Shown here piece by piece: positions 1 through 12,555 of a stretch of 64,000 nt of DNA. Location of the stretch: the NCBI RefSeq assembly GCF_009914755.1, contig NC_060932.1. One strand, 5' to 3'. A model generated the notes under the pieces. The model made no database searches. It saw nothing but the letters and a program-made list of their open reading frames with translations, and was not told the origin of the DNA. This stretch comes from the human T2T-CHM13v2.0 reference genome, Homo sapiens. Made by a program: the position numbers and the translations under genes. Position 1 is the stretch's first letter. Each line of letters opens with the position of its first letter.

Positions 1-769
1 GATGACTTGGATGCAAGTATGGCTTAGAGATGGAAAGATTCAGTTGGAAAACACACTTTTTTTTCACTTTTATGTCTGTGCTTTTGTAGAGATCAAGGGC
101 CAGAAGTTTTACAACATAGAGTTCTTCTTTGAGGGAAACCTTTGTATTTCATATAAAAGTTTATTAACTTCTCAAGGTTTATTAAACAACAAACAATAAA
201 ATAAGTGCTATGACAGAGAAAAATGTAGGGAGTTGATATGAGTTCAGAGATTCAGAGGAGGGATAACTAAACCAACTTTGAGTTAAAGTAAGATTAGGGT
301 GCCATAGAATACAGAAAGCTTCTCAGTAGAGCTGATATGAGCTGACTACTCAAGTACATGAGTAGGACCAGCCCACACCAATAGAGTAAAACTGCAGACA
401 AGATGAATCACATGTGATTAAACATTGAGAAATACAAGTAACAGGAGGTATGTCCTCTGGAGATAAAGTGGGTGAATGGTCTGGGCATCAGGTAATTTTC
501 TAATGAGTGTTTCTCACCTTTCAAAGGTGAGAGGAAAATGTGCACATCTCAACTGGGAACTGAGAATGGCCAAGTTTGAATGCCTTCTAAAATTTACATA
601 CAAAAATTAGCAGAAGTAAAGTGACTTATGTAAGACCTCTGTGCTAATACATAGCAAACTAGGACATAAACTTTTAAAAATGTAAAATAATATGGTGTTT
701 CAATTGTCTTAACATGAAAGTAACACTAACAACTTAATAATATTAGGTTGTATTTTTTTCCCAGTAGTT

Positions 770-1300
770 TTCTAGTGTATGTTCATTTCTATAGCAGCTC
801 AACACACACTTGTTGTCTGTCTTCAATGGATGAGACCTCTTCCAGGTACTGGGGGCCAGTAGGGAGCAAACAGATAAGGTCTCCACTCCCCTGGAGCTCC
901 AACACTAGACATGGCAGGGTGGGAGTGTCTCAAACAAGAAGAAATCAATGAGTCTATTCAATTATGAATAAATGAATACATTATGAGAAGAAGTAAGTCT
1001 AAGTGAGGGCAAAGTAATAAGAATGGCAGCAAATACTTCAGTTTGGGCATTCATGGGAGGGTGTTTGAGAGAGTGACATTTATACTGAGTTCTAATTGGT
1101 AAGGCATTGGTCGAACAAGGGAAAGCACACTCAAAGGCAGAACTAAGCTTGGCCTAAGAGAGGATCTTGATGAACTGGCATGAGAAGAGTGGTGTGATAT
1201 TTGATCTGAGAGGTAGGCAGAGGTCATAGAATGTGTGCTTTGTTAATCAGAAGAAGGAATCTGGTGGGAAGCTACTAGAGGGGTGTGTGTCTGTTATGTT
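770..1300 (-). mobile_element. L2 LINE fragment (continues at about 2215-2570 and 3140-3390, split by L1ME and MLT1H insertions)
   Basis: Purine-rich antisense L2-like text, e.g. 'gagagtgacatttatactgagttctaattggtaagg' and 'ttatgctttaaaatgattatcctaattgtcatatggagaatggagtgtaggg'. Boundaries approximate. Confidence 0.6.
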
Positions 1301-1344
1301 TGTCTTTTGTGCACACGTGTGAATGTGCTTTTATAAGCTCGGAG

Positions 1345-2210
1345 CTACAGTTTTGATTTTTTCTATTTTTTCGTATGTACAAAATGTATAAGAAATAATT
1401 TAATAACAATATATATGCCATTGCCCTTTAAGAAGAGAAATATTAAAAATAACCTATTTTATTTTCCTCATGATTCCATTACTATATTCTCTTCATCACT
1501 TTTTTGCTCCCATCATCTTTCCAAGACATAACCTCTAACATGAATTTGATGACTTTCATTACTCTTCCTGTCTTCATATTTTTAGAGCACATGTAAGCAT
1601 CCTTGAATAATTACAATATTGTTTGGCAAATTTGTAACATTTACATATATAACATCATATTGAATGTTTTCTGCAACTTTTTTCTTCAATATTATATTTG
1701 TGAGATGTATCCATATTGATTTTGTTGTATGTAATGCAACAATTTTGTTTTCCATTCTATTGCAAATCAGTATTTTGATTTTTTTTTCAAAATGTTTACT
1801 ATCACAAAACACTGCCACAATGAACATTCTGGTATGCCTTATTGTTTGAGAGGTAGTCTGAGGCAGTGATTCCCAATCTTTTTCAATATGCATAAAATAT
1901 GCATAAACATAATAATTCAGATGAGACTGCTTAAGGCGAGAGACAGACCATGGGCTGAGGGGAGGAGTGCCTCAGCCCGCCAGTAATCCATTAAGATACA
2001 CGGCATTAACATTCTTCCTCTGCCTGATCTATCAATTTCTGAGAAGGTTATGAAAAAAGTCTCCATTTATGAGTGTGGAATTATCAAATCAATTTTGTCA
2101 GTTTTTGCTTTGCATATTTTGTCCTTGTGATATTAGATTCATTGACATTTAGAATTTTTATATCTTTCTGGTGAATTACTCCACTTTATCACTAGGCTGT
2201 GATCCACTTT
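1345..2210 (-). mobile_element. Old L1M (L1ME-like) fragment
   Basis: T-rich antisense L1M text: 'caatattatatttgtgagatgtatccatattg', 'actgccacaatgaacattctggtatgcc', 'ttttgctttgcatattttg'. Confidence 0.55.
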
Positions 2211-2571
2211 GTCATTGGAGGTTTTGTTAAGCAGGGAAGACTATCATCTGAGTTATGCTTTAAAATGATTATCCTAATTGTCATATGGAGAATGGAGTGT
2301 AGGGACAAAAGAACAGAGAAGATGGTAATCAATTAGGAGGTTCCTGAAGCCAACTAGGAGAGAGAGGATGTCACCCAGGATGAGGATGGTTGTCCTAAAC
2401 ATGAGGAAGAAAAACACATGTTTGTGGTATGTTTTGAGTTGATGGGATTTTCTGATTAAACAGACGTGAGTGTAAAATAAAAGGAGGCATATTCAGGATA
2501 ATACTTTGATATTTGGTTTGAGCAATTGACTGAAAGTTATGACAGTGTCCTCGTCTTCTGACACGTTAAGG

Positions 2572-3138
2572 TGTGGCACAGTATAATTTCCAAAAATGGC
2601 TGAAGTCATATGTCCATATTCTATCAGAACCCAGCCAGTCCCACAAGTAGAGTCTATGGTTCCCTCCCTTGAAGGAAGGGAGTCAGATCTCTGTGACTTC
2701 CTTAGCTAAGAGTAGGGAATGGTGTTCTATATGACTTCTGATGTTAGATCTTGCAGGTGGATACAGTTTCTCCCTGGTTCTCTCTTGGGATGATTCCCCT
2801 TGGAACCCAGGCGCCACGCTGTGAAGAGACCTAGACAACATGGAGATACTCATTTGGAGAAGAATGGAGATCCGTGGCCCTCAGCCCCAGGTGAGCTTCA
2901 GAGCCAGCACCAACTTACCAACCAAGTGATTGAGCCACCTTGGAAATTGACCATTCAGCCTCTATTTCAGCTGTCCACCTAAGGCTACATGAGGGAAGCA
3001 CAAGCCTTTCCTGCTAACTTCTTCCCAAATTGCAGATTTGTTTTTTTAAAAAGAGGTGAAAAGATTTGGGGATAGTTATTGTTTTCTTAAGTCACCAACT
3101 CTTGGTTTTTTTTAATGCATCAATAGATAACTGGAACA
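2572..3138 (+). mobile_element. MLT1H-like MaLR solo LTR
   Basis: TG...CA termini ('tgtggcacag' ... 'caatagataactggaaca'); internal 'cccttggaacccaggcgccacgctgtgaagagacc' and 'gccagcaccaacttaccaaccaagtgattgagccaccttggaa' typical of MLT1F-H. Confidence 0.75.
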
Positions 3139-3694
3139 AATACATGGAAGAATATCTTGCAGAAGAGGGTAGGACGTCGAAAGACAGCTCTCTTTTGGTT
3201 GTGTTGAGATTCATATTGACACTTTTTTAAATATTTTGAATGAACAATTAGACACAAATGTCAGACATTCATTGGAGGGATCAGAACTACAAATGACAAT
3301 TTTGGAATCATTGATATATAGATAATATTTAAACCTACAGGGCTAGGTAAGTTTATTAAAAGAGATCGTGTTTATAAGGAGGAAAATAATGTCATTGATT
3401 CTAACATATAATTATTGCTTCATTGGGTCATTGATTTCTCTACTTATTCAACAAATATTCTAGGACATCCTAAATATATTATTAACTGTAAAGTGTGTTA
3501 AGCATGAATCTGCCTATATAGAGTTTATATTTATCAGGGTTACTTTGGACTTTGGTTTTATTTAAAATTAATTTTATATAATACATTTGGTACCTATAGA
3601 CTTTCTTGAGTAATCATTCTAGTTTCCATACCATTTTTTTATTTTCTTTAATTTTATTATGACTAACAAGTTAGGCACAACAAACTACTTTTTA

Positions 3695-5058
3695 AAAAAT
3701 TATTATTATACTTTAAGTTCTAGGGTACATGTGCACAATGTGCAGGTCTGATACATAGGTATGCATGTGCCATGCTGGTGTGCTGCACCCATCAACTCAT
3801 CATTTACATTAGGTATTTCTCCTAATGCTATCCCTCCCCCAGACTCCCACCCCCGATAGGCCTCCGTGTGTGATGTTCCCCACCCTGTTTCCAAGTGATC
3901 TCCTTGTTCAATTCCCACCTATAAGTGAGAACATGAGGTGTTTGGTTTTCTGTCCTTGTGATAATTTGCTGAGAATGATGATTTCCAGGTTCATCTATGT
4001 CCCTGCAAAGGACAGGAACTTATCCTTTTTTACAGTTGCATAGTATTCCATGGTGTATATGTGCCACATTTTATTAATCCAGTCTATCCTTGATGGACAT
4101 TTGGGCTGGTTCCAAGTCTTTGCTATTGTGAATAGTACCACAGTAAACATACATGTGCATGTGTATTTATAGTAGCATGATTTATAATCCTTTGGGTATA
4201 TACCCAGTAATGGGATTGCTGGGTCAAATGGTAATTCTAGTTCTAGATCCCTGAGGAATTGCCACACTGTCTTCCACAATGGTTGAACTAATTTAAACTC
4301 CCACCAACAGTGTAAAAGCATTTCTACTTCTCCACATCCTCTCCAGCATCTGTTGTTTCCTGACTTTTAATGATTGCCATTCTAACTGGCATGAGATGGT
4401 ATCTCATTGTGGTTTTGATTTGCATTTCTCTGATGACCAGTGACAATGAGCATTTTTTCATGTGTCTGTTGGCTGCATAGATGTCTTCTTTTGAGAAGTG
4501 TCTGTTCATGTCCTTTGCCCACTTTTTCATGGGGTTGTTTGTTTTCTTTTCTTGTAAATTTGTTTGAGTTATTTGTAGATTCTGGATATTAGCCCTTTGT
4601 CAGATGGGTAGATTGCAAAAATTTTCTCCCATTCTGTAGGTTGCCTGTTCACTCTGATGGTAGTTTCTTTTGCTGTGCAAAAGCTCTTTAGTTTAATTAG
4701 ATCCCATTTGTCTATTTTGGCTTTTGTTGCCATTGCTTTTGGTGTTTTAATCATGAAGTCCTTGCCCATGCCTATGTCCTGAATGGTATTGCCTAGGTTT
4801 TCTTCTAGGGCTTTTATGGTTTTAGGTCTGACATTTAAGTCTTTAATCCATCTTGAATTAATTTTTATATAAGGTGTAAGGAAGGGATCCAGTTTCAGCT
4901 TTCTACCTATGGCTAGCCAGTTTTCCCAGCACCATTTATTAAATAGGGAATCATTTCCCCATTTCTTGTTTTTGTCAGGTTTGTCAAAGATCAGATGGTT
5001 GTAGATGTGTGCTGTTATTTCTGAGGCCTCTGTTCTGCTCCGTTGGTCTATATACCTG
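3695..5058 (-). mobile_element. 5'-truncated L1PA (about L1PA5/6): 3' UTR plus frameshifted ORF2 C-terminus
   Basis: Antisense 3' end 'ttattatactttaagttctagggtacatgtgcac'. ORFs 4569-5063, 4324-4530 and 3995-4321 match L1 ORF2p ([33 protein letters not shown]) but lie in broken frames. Degenerate TSD aacaaactacttttta (3679-3694) / aacaaacattttta (5059-5072). Confidence 0.96.
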
Positions 5059-5974
5059 AACAAACATTTTTATATAGAGAGGTCTTCATTTTATTTTTAC
5101 ACAAAGTGGTCTATATATCTTATACAAATCATGAGTTTCTCCACTAAATTCAGGATTAAGATTTTCTGGATGAATCTACTCACCTGAGGAATAAATTTTG
5201 CTTTTGAGTGATATGATATCAACCTGGTAGATGTTTATCTCGCAGTTTCATAGAGCTTAGGGCATCCTTGTCATTGCTAGAGGAGGGAGAATATGAGGAA
5301 GTTGGGGAACCAGAAACTTCCAAAGAGCATCTCCACTTCTAACTGTTTTATGCATTTATATTTCTCATGAGTGTTCTATTTAAAAACATAAAAATCATGG
5401 ACTTTATTCAAACGTCCCCTTTCAATTAATAGTTGTGAACTCAAGTCCTATTTGAAAGGAATAAATTGAATAACATAGATAAAATTCCTCAGTAAGCTTG
5501 ATTACTCCTATCTGATCTACTATCATTATTCTTTCTGACCTGGATGCAGCTTTTGGTTGTATGCCATGCACAGATATTTTATAACATAATTCAGTTTATC
5601 TTCATATTTGGAAGACCCAACATTACTTTGAAGGATAAATGTTGGAAATGATAGGTGAAAATAGCCCCTGCTATACTTAAAGCCCTAGAAATTATTAGAT
5701 AAGCAAACCCTAATTTGTCTTGTTTTAGCATTTGCCCTAATAGATAAATACACTAAATTTCATAATTTGACAATTATTTAATAAAATTTAACAGCAATTC
5801 TTTGGGTCTTTTAAAATGAAATTTACTTAGTGCTTATCATACAAAATTCTTCATGTGTAGTCTCTCAGTAGCTACCCCAAATTCACCTGTAAAATAGATA
5901 TCAACCCTATTTTGCAAATGCAAAACCTGACTTTTGGTGAACATTAGAGCCATTACTAAACAAATGTAGGTACT

Positions 5975-6407
<433 letters not shown>

Positions 6408-8679
6408 CTATATCTGGTAAACAGTTGACCCAGGATTCAAACTTAGTTGCATCTGGCTCCAAATCCAGGGCTTTTCCTACTCTCCTATCTCACCCCAGCC
6501 ATTTTGTTTAAGCCTGGTCACTGTAAGGAGTTGTGTATTTTCTTTCCCAACAGTACCGCTGGCCTATAAAATAGGAGCTTCTACCCTTTTGCAAATACTG
6601 AGTTGATATTTTCTGCTCTTCTCTTTACCTCTGATGAATTTTCCTCCAAAAGAGAAATTAGAGATTTTAAAAACAGTCACTTTATGACTTCTCTTGGCTC
6701 TCTTTTATGGGATCTGGTTGCCTGCAGACAAGACACTCTCCTCCATAAGCTAAGCTGACCAGTGTAGACTACATTGTAGACCAATGTAGACATCAGTTTC
6801 ATCAGAAAAACCCTGTAGTGTTACTACTGTGCCTGTGACTGGGCTGGTGAGTTTAATTCAGCAGAAAAGCAGAAGAAAGGTTTATTTTGAACCCAGTTCC
6901 AAAATACTCTAGTCTTACTTAGTAACAAGGCTATTTTTTCCTATATTATTTCTGTTTCTGTGTTTTAGATAATTCAATATGCAAAGAGAGAAAAGTAGCT
7001 CCAGTTGTAAAGTAAGGATCTGGGTGGCCATCACCTGCTCAGCATCCTTAGAAATGCATGTCTCTCAATATTTTGTAAAACCCATAGGAAACTCATTTTC
7101 AAGATGCTACCTCTCCCTTTTTATGTGTGTTGCAGCTTCTAAACCCTTTCTATATAGAAATTCTGGAGCTGCAACTGAAAGAAAGGGTTAATTATTTAGA
7201 CTGCTCTAGAAGCTTCAATATAGATGATCATTTGGTTCCTGTAAAAACTCCAATAGTCATAGATTACTTTAACAAATTACATAAGTATCAGCTAGGATCA
7301 AGAGTTTCTTGACTTGTGGAACTAATTTTCATCTACAAAGCCACTGGTCAGTTCTGGAATTGACATAACCACCTGGATCTTAAATTAAGAAACCATGGTA
7401 ACAAAGCTGCATATGCTAGAAAAAATTGTCAGGGATCTAAACAGGCACTGTGTCAATGCCACCACCACTCATTTTAATATCCGTGAAATGGTTGATGTCC
7501 TTCAAGCCCAACACAGTTCTTTCTAAGTTTCCTGAGCCTGAATGCATGTGCATGACCACTCCACTGCAAACATCCATCTGTCAAAGAGAAGATGAGGAGT
7601 AAGTGAAATTAGACCGTGGCTCTCTGGTTTCCCCTCAAAACTGCCAATGAATGAGAGCATCAGCTGCACCAGATTGGGCTCGCCAGGCCTCCCATCCTTT
7701 ACTGAACACGCTCCACCCAAGCTGTGAGGCACATCCTGTGAATAGGGATGACTCAGCCTCAACAGGTGTCTGATGGCTTTGCCAACCAACCGCCTGTTTC
7801 AATGGATGGAAGCAGCAGCACATTCTTGGCGGCATGCAAAGACTGTGATGAATAGGATGCTGTGTCTCTTCACAGAGGGCAGGGATTGGGTTGGGGGCAG
7901 GTGTGAATGGCAGACCCAAGTGCATAAATGCATATTCTCAGTCCCAGTATGATGTCCTGCCAACTGGCACATCAGCAGCCTTTTGGTTTCTGAAACATCC
8001 ATAGGTAGTTCTCTTCCATGGAACCTCTGAGTCAACATCATCTCTCAGTGAAACTATAGAAATACCTTACAAATTTTCTAAATTTTAACTTTTGAAGATA
8101 CTTACATACCTATTACTGTATAAACAACTTTTTATGCTACAGAAGTGTTGATGTTATGATGTGTATCATATAGAGAAATAAACTAAAGTGCATACAAAGT
8201 GAATTTTCATAGGCACATAGTTTACCCAAGAAGGAACAGGGCAAAATCCAGCTCCCTTAATTCTCAGCCCTGTGTTTTTTCTAACACTCCTTATTGCTAA
8301 AATATACATGATTTACACTTAATTCTGAGAAACTCCTGGGAGAAAGTTAAATTGTATTGTTCTGAAATAGATGGGATTGGAGGGCCGTGAGTTCATTCAT
8401 ATATTTTTTCTAATATTCATCTACTTATTCAGTTATTGGTTGTAATTAAATAAAAAGGGATAAGGATAGTCTTGTACCCGTGCAAATAGATTATCATCCT
8501 GGGCTATTTATTATCCAAGGGCATCTCTTAGCCAGTACTGTGGAAATCACTTGATTCCATGGTGCCAAGATGATAACTATTAATATGATTATGTGAATTT
8601 TCCTCATCTTCAATTAATGGTGACTTCAACAAGACCTGAGTATTTTCCTTGTTCTTGCATATAAACCCTGTTAGATGAT

Positions 8680-9088
8680 CCACAACTGCCTTGGTGACTT
8701 CACAGTCCCAGAATCCTTATATCTTTCTGCTCTACCATCCTCTACTCCCATCTTCCAACTTATGTTTTAAGCTGTTCAACTTTATTTTCAAGTTTATCAT
8801 TCAATTCTATTAAAAATATTTACATTATATCTTACCTAAAGGAGAAAGGAGACAGAAAAAAAAATACTTCCTTTCCTTATAGATATTTCTTGGGAGTTAC
8901 TTGTAGCAAATCTTACAATCTATTGGGTAGCACTTACCCAAATGACCAGATCTATCTTTTCAGGGAAGACTTAGAAATGAGGTCTATAATTTGGAAACCA
9001 TAAGCCCAGCTAATGCTGGGGAGTTTTATAACTGAGGGAGGCTTGGACATTGGATTTTGGTGGACAACCAGCAGTGACCATCTCATAC
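8680..9088 (-). mobile_element. MLT1K-like MaLR LTR remnant
   Basis: 'cccagaatccttatatctttctgctctaccatcct', 'cagggaagacttagaaatgaggtcta' and 'ggacaaccagcagtgaccatctcataca' resemble antisense MLT1K. Confidence 0.5.
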
Positions 9089-9247
9089 AGCATGAAAGCT
9101 CAGCATTTGTGAAATAAAATGGAAACTATAAGTCTGGGAAACATAGGCAGAAATAGCTAATGAACGGCATTTCAAAAAACAAGAATAGTAAAGCTAATTT
9201 TTACTGAGTGCTTTCAAAGTAAATGCTCTGTTGGTTTTCAACCTGAC

Positions 9248-9628
9248 TGTGTTAGTTTATTTTCATACTGCCATAATGAACTGCCCAAGACTGGGTAATT
9301 TATAAAGGAAAGAGGTTTAATTGAGTCACGGTTCAGCATGACTGGGGAGGCCTCAGGAAACTTAGAATCATGGCAGAAGGTGAAGGGGAAGCAAGGCACT
9401 TACTTCTTCACAAGGCGACAGGAAGGAAAAGTGCTGAGTGAAGCAGGAAGCACCCGTTATAAAACTATAAGAACTCCTGAGAACTCGCTCACTATTATGA
9501 GAACAGCATGGTGGAAACTGCTCCATCAATGAATTGCTGCCACCTGGTCTCTCCCTTGACATGTGAGGATTATAGGGATTACAATTCAAGATGAGATTTG
9601 GATGGGGATACAAAGCCTAACCATATCA
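9248..9628 (-). mobile_element. THE1D solo LTR inserted in a MIR
   Basis: 'gactgggtaatttataaaggaaagaggtttaattg' ... 'caaagcctaaccatatca'; 5-bp TSD ctgac (9243-9247) / ctaac (9629-9633). Confidence 0.93.
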
Positions 9629-11665
9629 CTAACTCTCATGCATAAAGGCCCTGTGAGATAGCTACTGTTTCCATAGCAATTTTACAGGTAAGGAAACTAA
9701 GATACAAGCAAGTTGAGTCAATTGCCTAAGGTTTCACAGCTAGAAAATTACAGTTAGAATTCATGTCAATGTCATTTGATCCCCAAACTTCTATTAACTA
9801 TTGCCTCGCAGTTGTTCCCACATGATCACATTTTAGCCTCTCATTGAAGAGACTTCATATGATTTGTGTTTTATGGATAAAAACACTAGTGATGAAGAAA
9901 CATGTTTGTGCTCACACAGACAAGTGGCCCAAAGGAAGTTTTGAACCAACTTTTTCCCACTATGCCAAAGTATATATAGATTTATGTATTAACAACCCTA
10001 AAATCAATTTATAAAAGAACAGCAATAATTAAGGAGGAGAGAGAGAAAATGGCTGCACAGGGTCCTTTATTTGACCATTTCTCAATGCAATGATGGTTTT
10101 CATCACCTTCATTATATTTGAACAGAGCTCAATGGGTAAATCAATATGTTGCTGACATGCCTGGAGTAGATCAATTGTTTTTGATTTGATTGATTATTCA
10201 ATTACGGAGCCATGAGTTTGATTGACCTTGTGAAACTGGGTAAAAAAAAAAAAATTCCTTGGGACCACCTAAGCATTCTGGCAGTATTTAAAGTGTGTTT
10301 CTCAATGATGCATGAGGAGAAACACAAAAAACATGTCTGAGGTAGGATTAGGGAGGATTATGGGCAATTTGGAAAGATAAGAGCTTATAGAGGAGTTACA
10401 ACACAACACCAACTTGGCTGTAGCATTTAAATTGTTTTCAAATTTCAACTAACACTAGTTGGCTGTGACAGTATTTTCTGCTTTTAAACGATGTCATGGA
10501 TATAAAAATATGAGAAACACCGGTTGATAACGCTGATAAAATTTGGCTTTGCTATTTGGTGGCTGTAGACTCAAAGCTCTTGCCGTGATACCATAGTGCC
10601 TCTCAGTAAATCAAATCATGCACATATTCACTATTGCTTCCCACAACAAGACTAAAAGAAAACTTGATTCTGAGTGAAACTGGAGCATTTTACAAAGTGA
10701 TCATCTTTTTGAAAGATAGTGAATAAAAATTACTACACCTCGCTGAGTACCAGTGGTGTGTATTGCATTTGAGATAATATTGTCTCTTTTGATTGTCTGA
10801 ACAACCATATAGTGTAAGTGTTATAATCCCCCATTTTTTTCAGATAAGCACCTGGGGCTTCAGAGGCATTGCCTAATCTCACAAAACTTTTCACAAGTTA
10901 ACACTTTTTCTCAAGGTCTCTCCAGGATAAGGACAAACAGTCTCTTTTTTGATATTCTGGGACTGACAATTCAAAAAGGAAATTAAGTAGCACTGAACCA
11001 GAGACAGTAATACAAACTGCAGAATAAGGGGATATAAGTACAAAAAAAACCACTATACCTTCAAGATGTTTATTTTTGGAGTCATTGTAACTTTTATAAT
11101 CTTTAAAAATTACATATGTGATGGTTTGGTACATGGGTGTGGCAATGGGCTAGAGCCTGTCATAGAAAACAAATGTTTCTCTGACAAATATTTCCAGATA
11201 GGATGTTTGCAACAAAAGTTACGTATTTATAATGTACTGATTGCAAATTAGTCTATTCACTTTTTTAACTCACTAACAAAAATCCGGCTAGTAATACAAG
11301 CTAGCTTCCTCTGTCTTTATTGGCATGTGTTTGTGCATTTCAATTCAATTCAGTAGGCTCTGTCAAACACCTATTATGTGCTAGGTCCTGCCTTTTGTAG
11401 ATGGGATTTGATCTCTTACTTCATGGGGCTTGCAGGAGTAATATTACCCGTTGTTGTTGTTGTTTATAATATTGATGTTGAAAATGTTACTTTTATTTTT
11501 TTCATAGTCAACTAATCCATATTAATCACAGACAATAATACAAAATAAAGTTAAGCCCAATGAAAACACACATACAGAATCCCATCATCTAAGATCTTCA
11601 TTATCAGCTTGTCGATAAATAAGAGCAACCACATACATTTATCAAGTGCTTATTAATGCCTAAAT

Positions 11666-11888
11666 CAGTTTTCCAACCTCAGCACCAGTGATATTTTTGA
11701 CCAGACAATTCTTTGGTGGGGTAGCTGTTCTGTGTACGGTAGGACATGTAAGAGGATTCCTGATTTCTACCCACTAAATGCCAATAGCATCACCACCTCT
11801 CACCTCCAGCTGTAACAACCAAAAAATATCTCTAGACATGCCAAGTGTCCCCTGGGGACTAAAATCACCCTAGCTGAGAGCCACACTG
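11666..11888 (+). mobile_element. MER20 (hAT-Charlie MITE) inserted in a MIR
   Basis: 'cagttttccaacctcagcaccagtgatattttt...ctacccactaaatgccaatagca...aaccaaaaaatatctctagacatgccaagtgtcccctgggg...gagagccacactg'. Confidence 0.88.
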
Positions 11889-12223
11889 GGCCAAAATGTA
11901 ACAAATGCGGCATTTCATTATAACAGCATCAGGAGATAACTATTATTGTTACCTTATTTAACAGCCAAGGAAACTGCTGATCAGAAACACTAAATAACCT
12001 GGGCTGATCTCTTCAGCATTTAAAGGGAAGAACGAAGATTTAAACATAGCTGTGACTGTCCACAAGTCTCACTCTCTCTCTTCCCCATCCCCATTTCTCT
12101 CTTCACCTCCCTCTCCCTGACCCTCGCTCTCTTTTAGAAGAATGAAATAATAATAAAACATATTATCATGAAACCTGTCTTTCTTGCTGTTTAACAAAAT
12201 ATAATGTGTGTCTTTCCCTGTAG

Positions 12224-12555
<332 letters not shown>

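Noticed and set aside
3995-5063. ORFs of 164, 68 and 108 aa with clear protein similarity
   Set aside because: Frameshifted pieces of L1 ORF2p in a truncated L1, not a host gene. The same applies to 26740-27021, 45011-45274 and 63650-63970.
6757-6793. Small direct repeats (gacca(g/a)tgtagac here; ctctaattc(t/a)acaa near 27800; tagcacttg near 17263)
   Set aside because: Ordinary slippage-scale microduplications expected in 64 kb.
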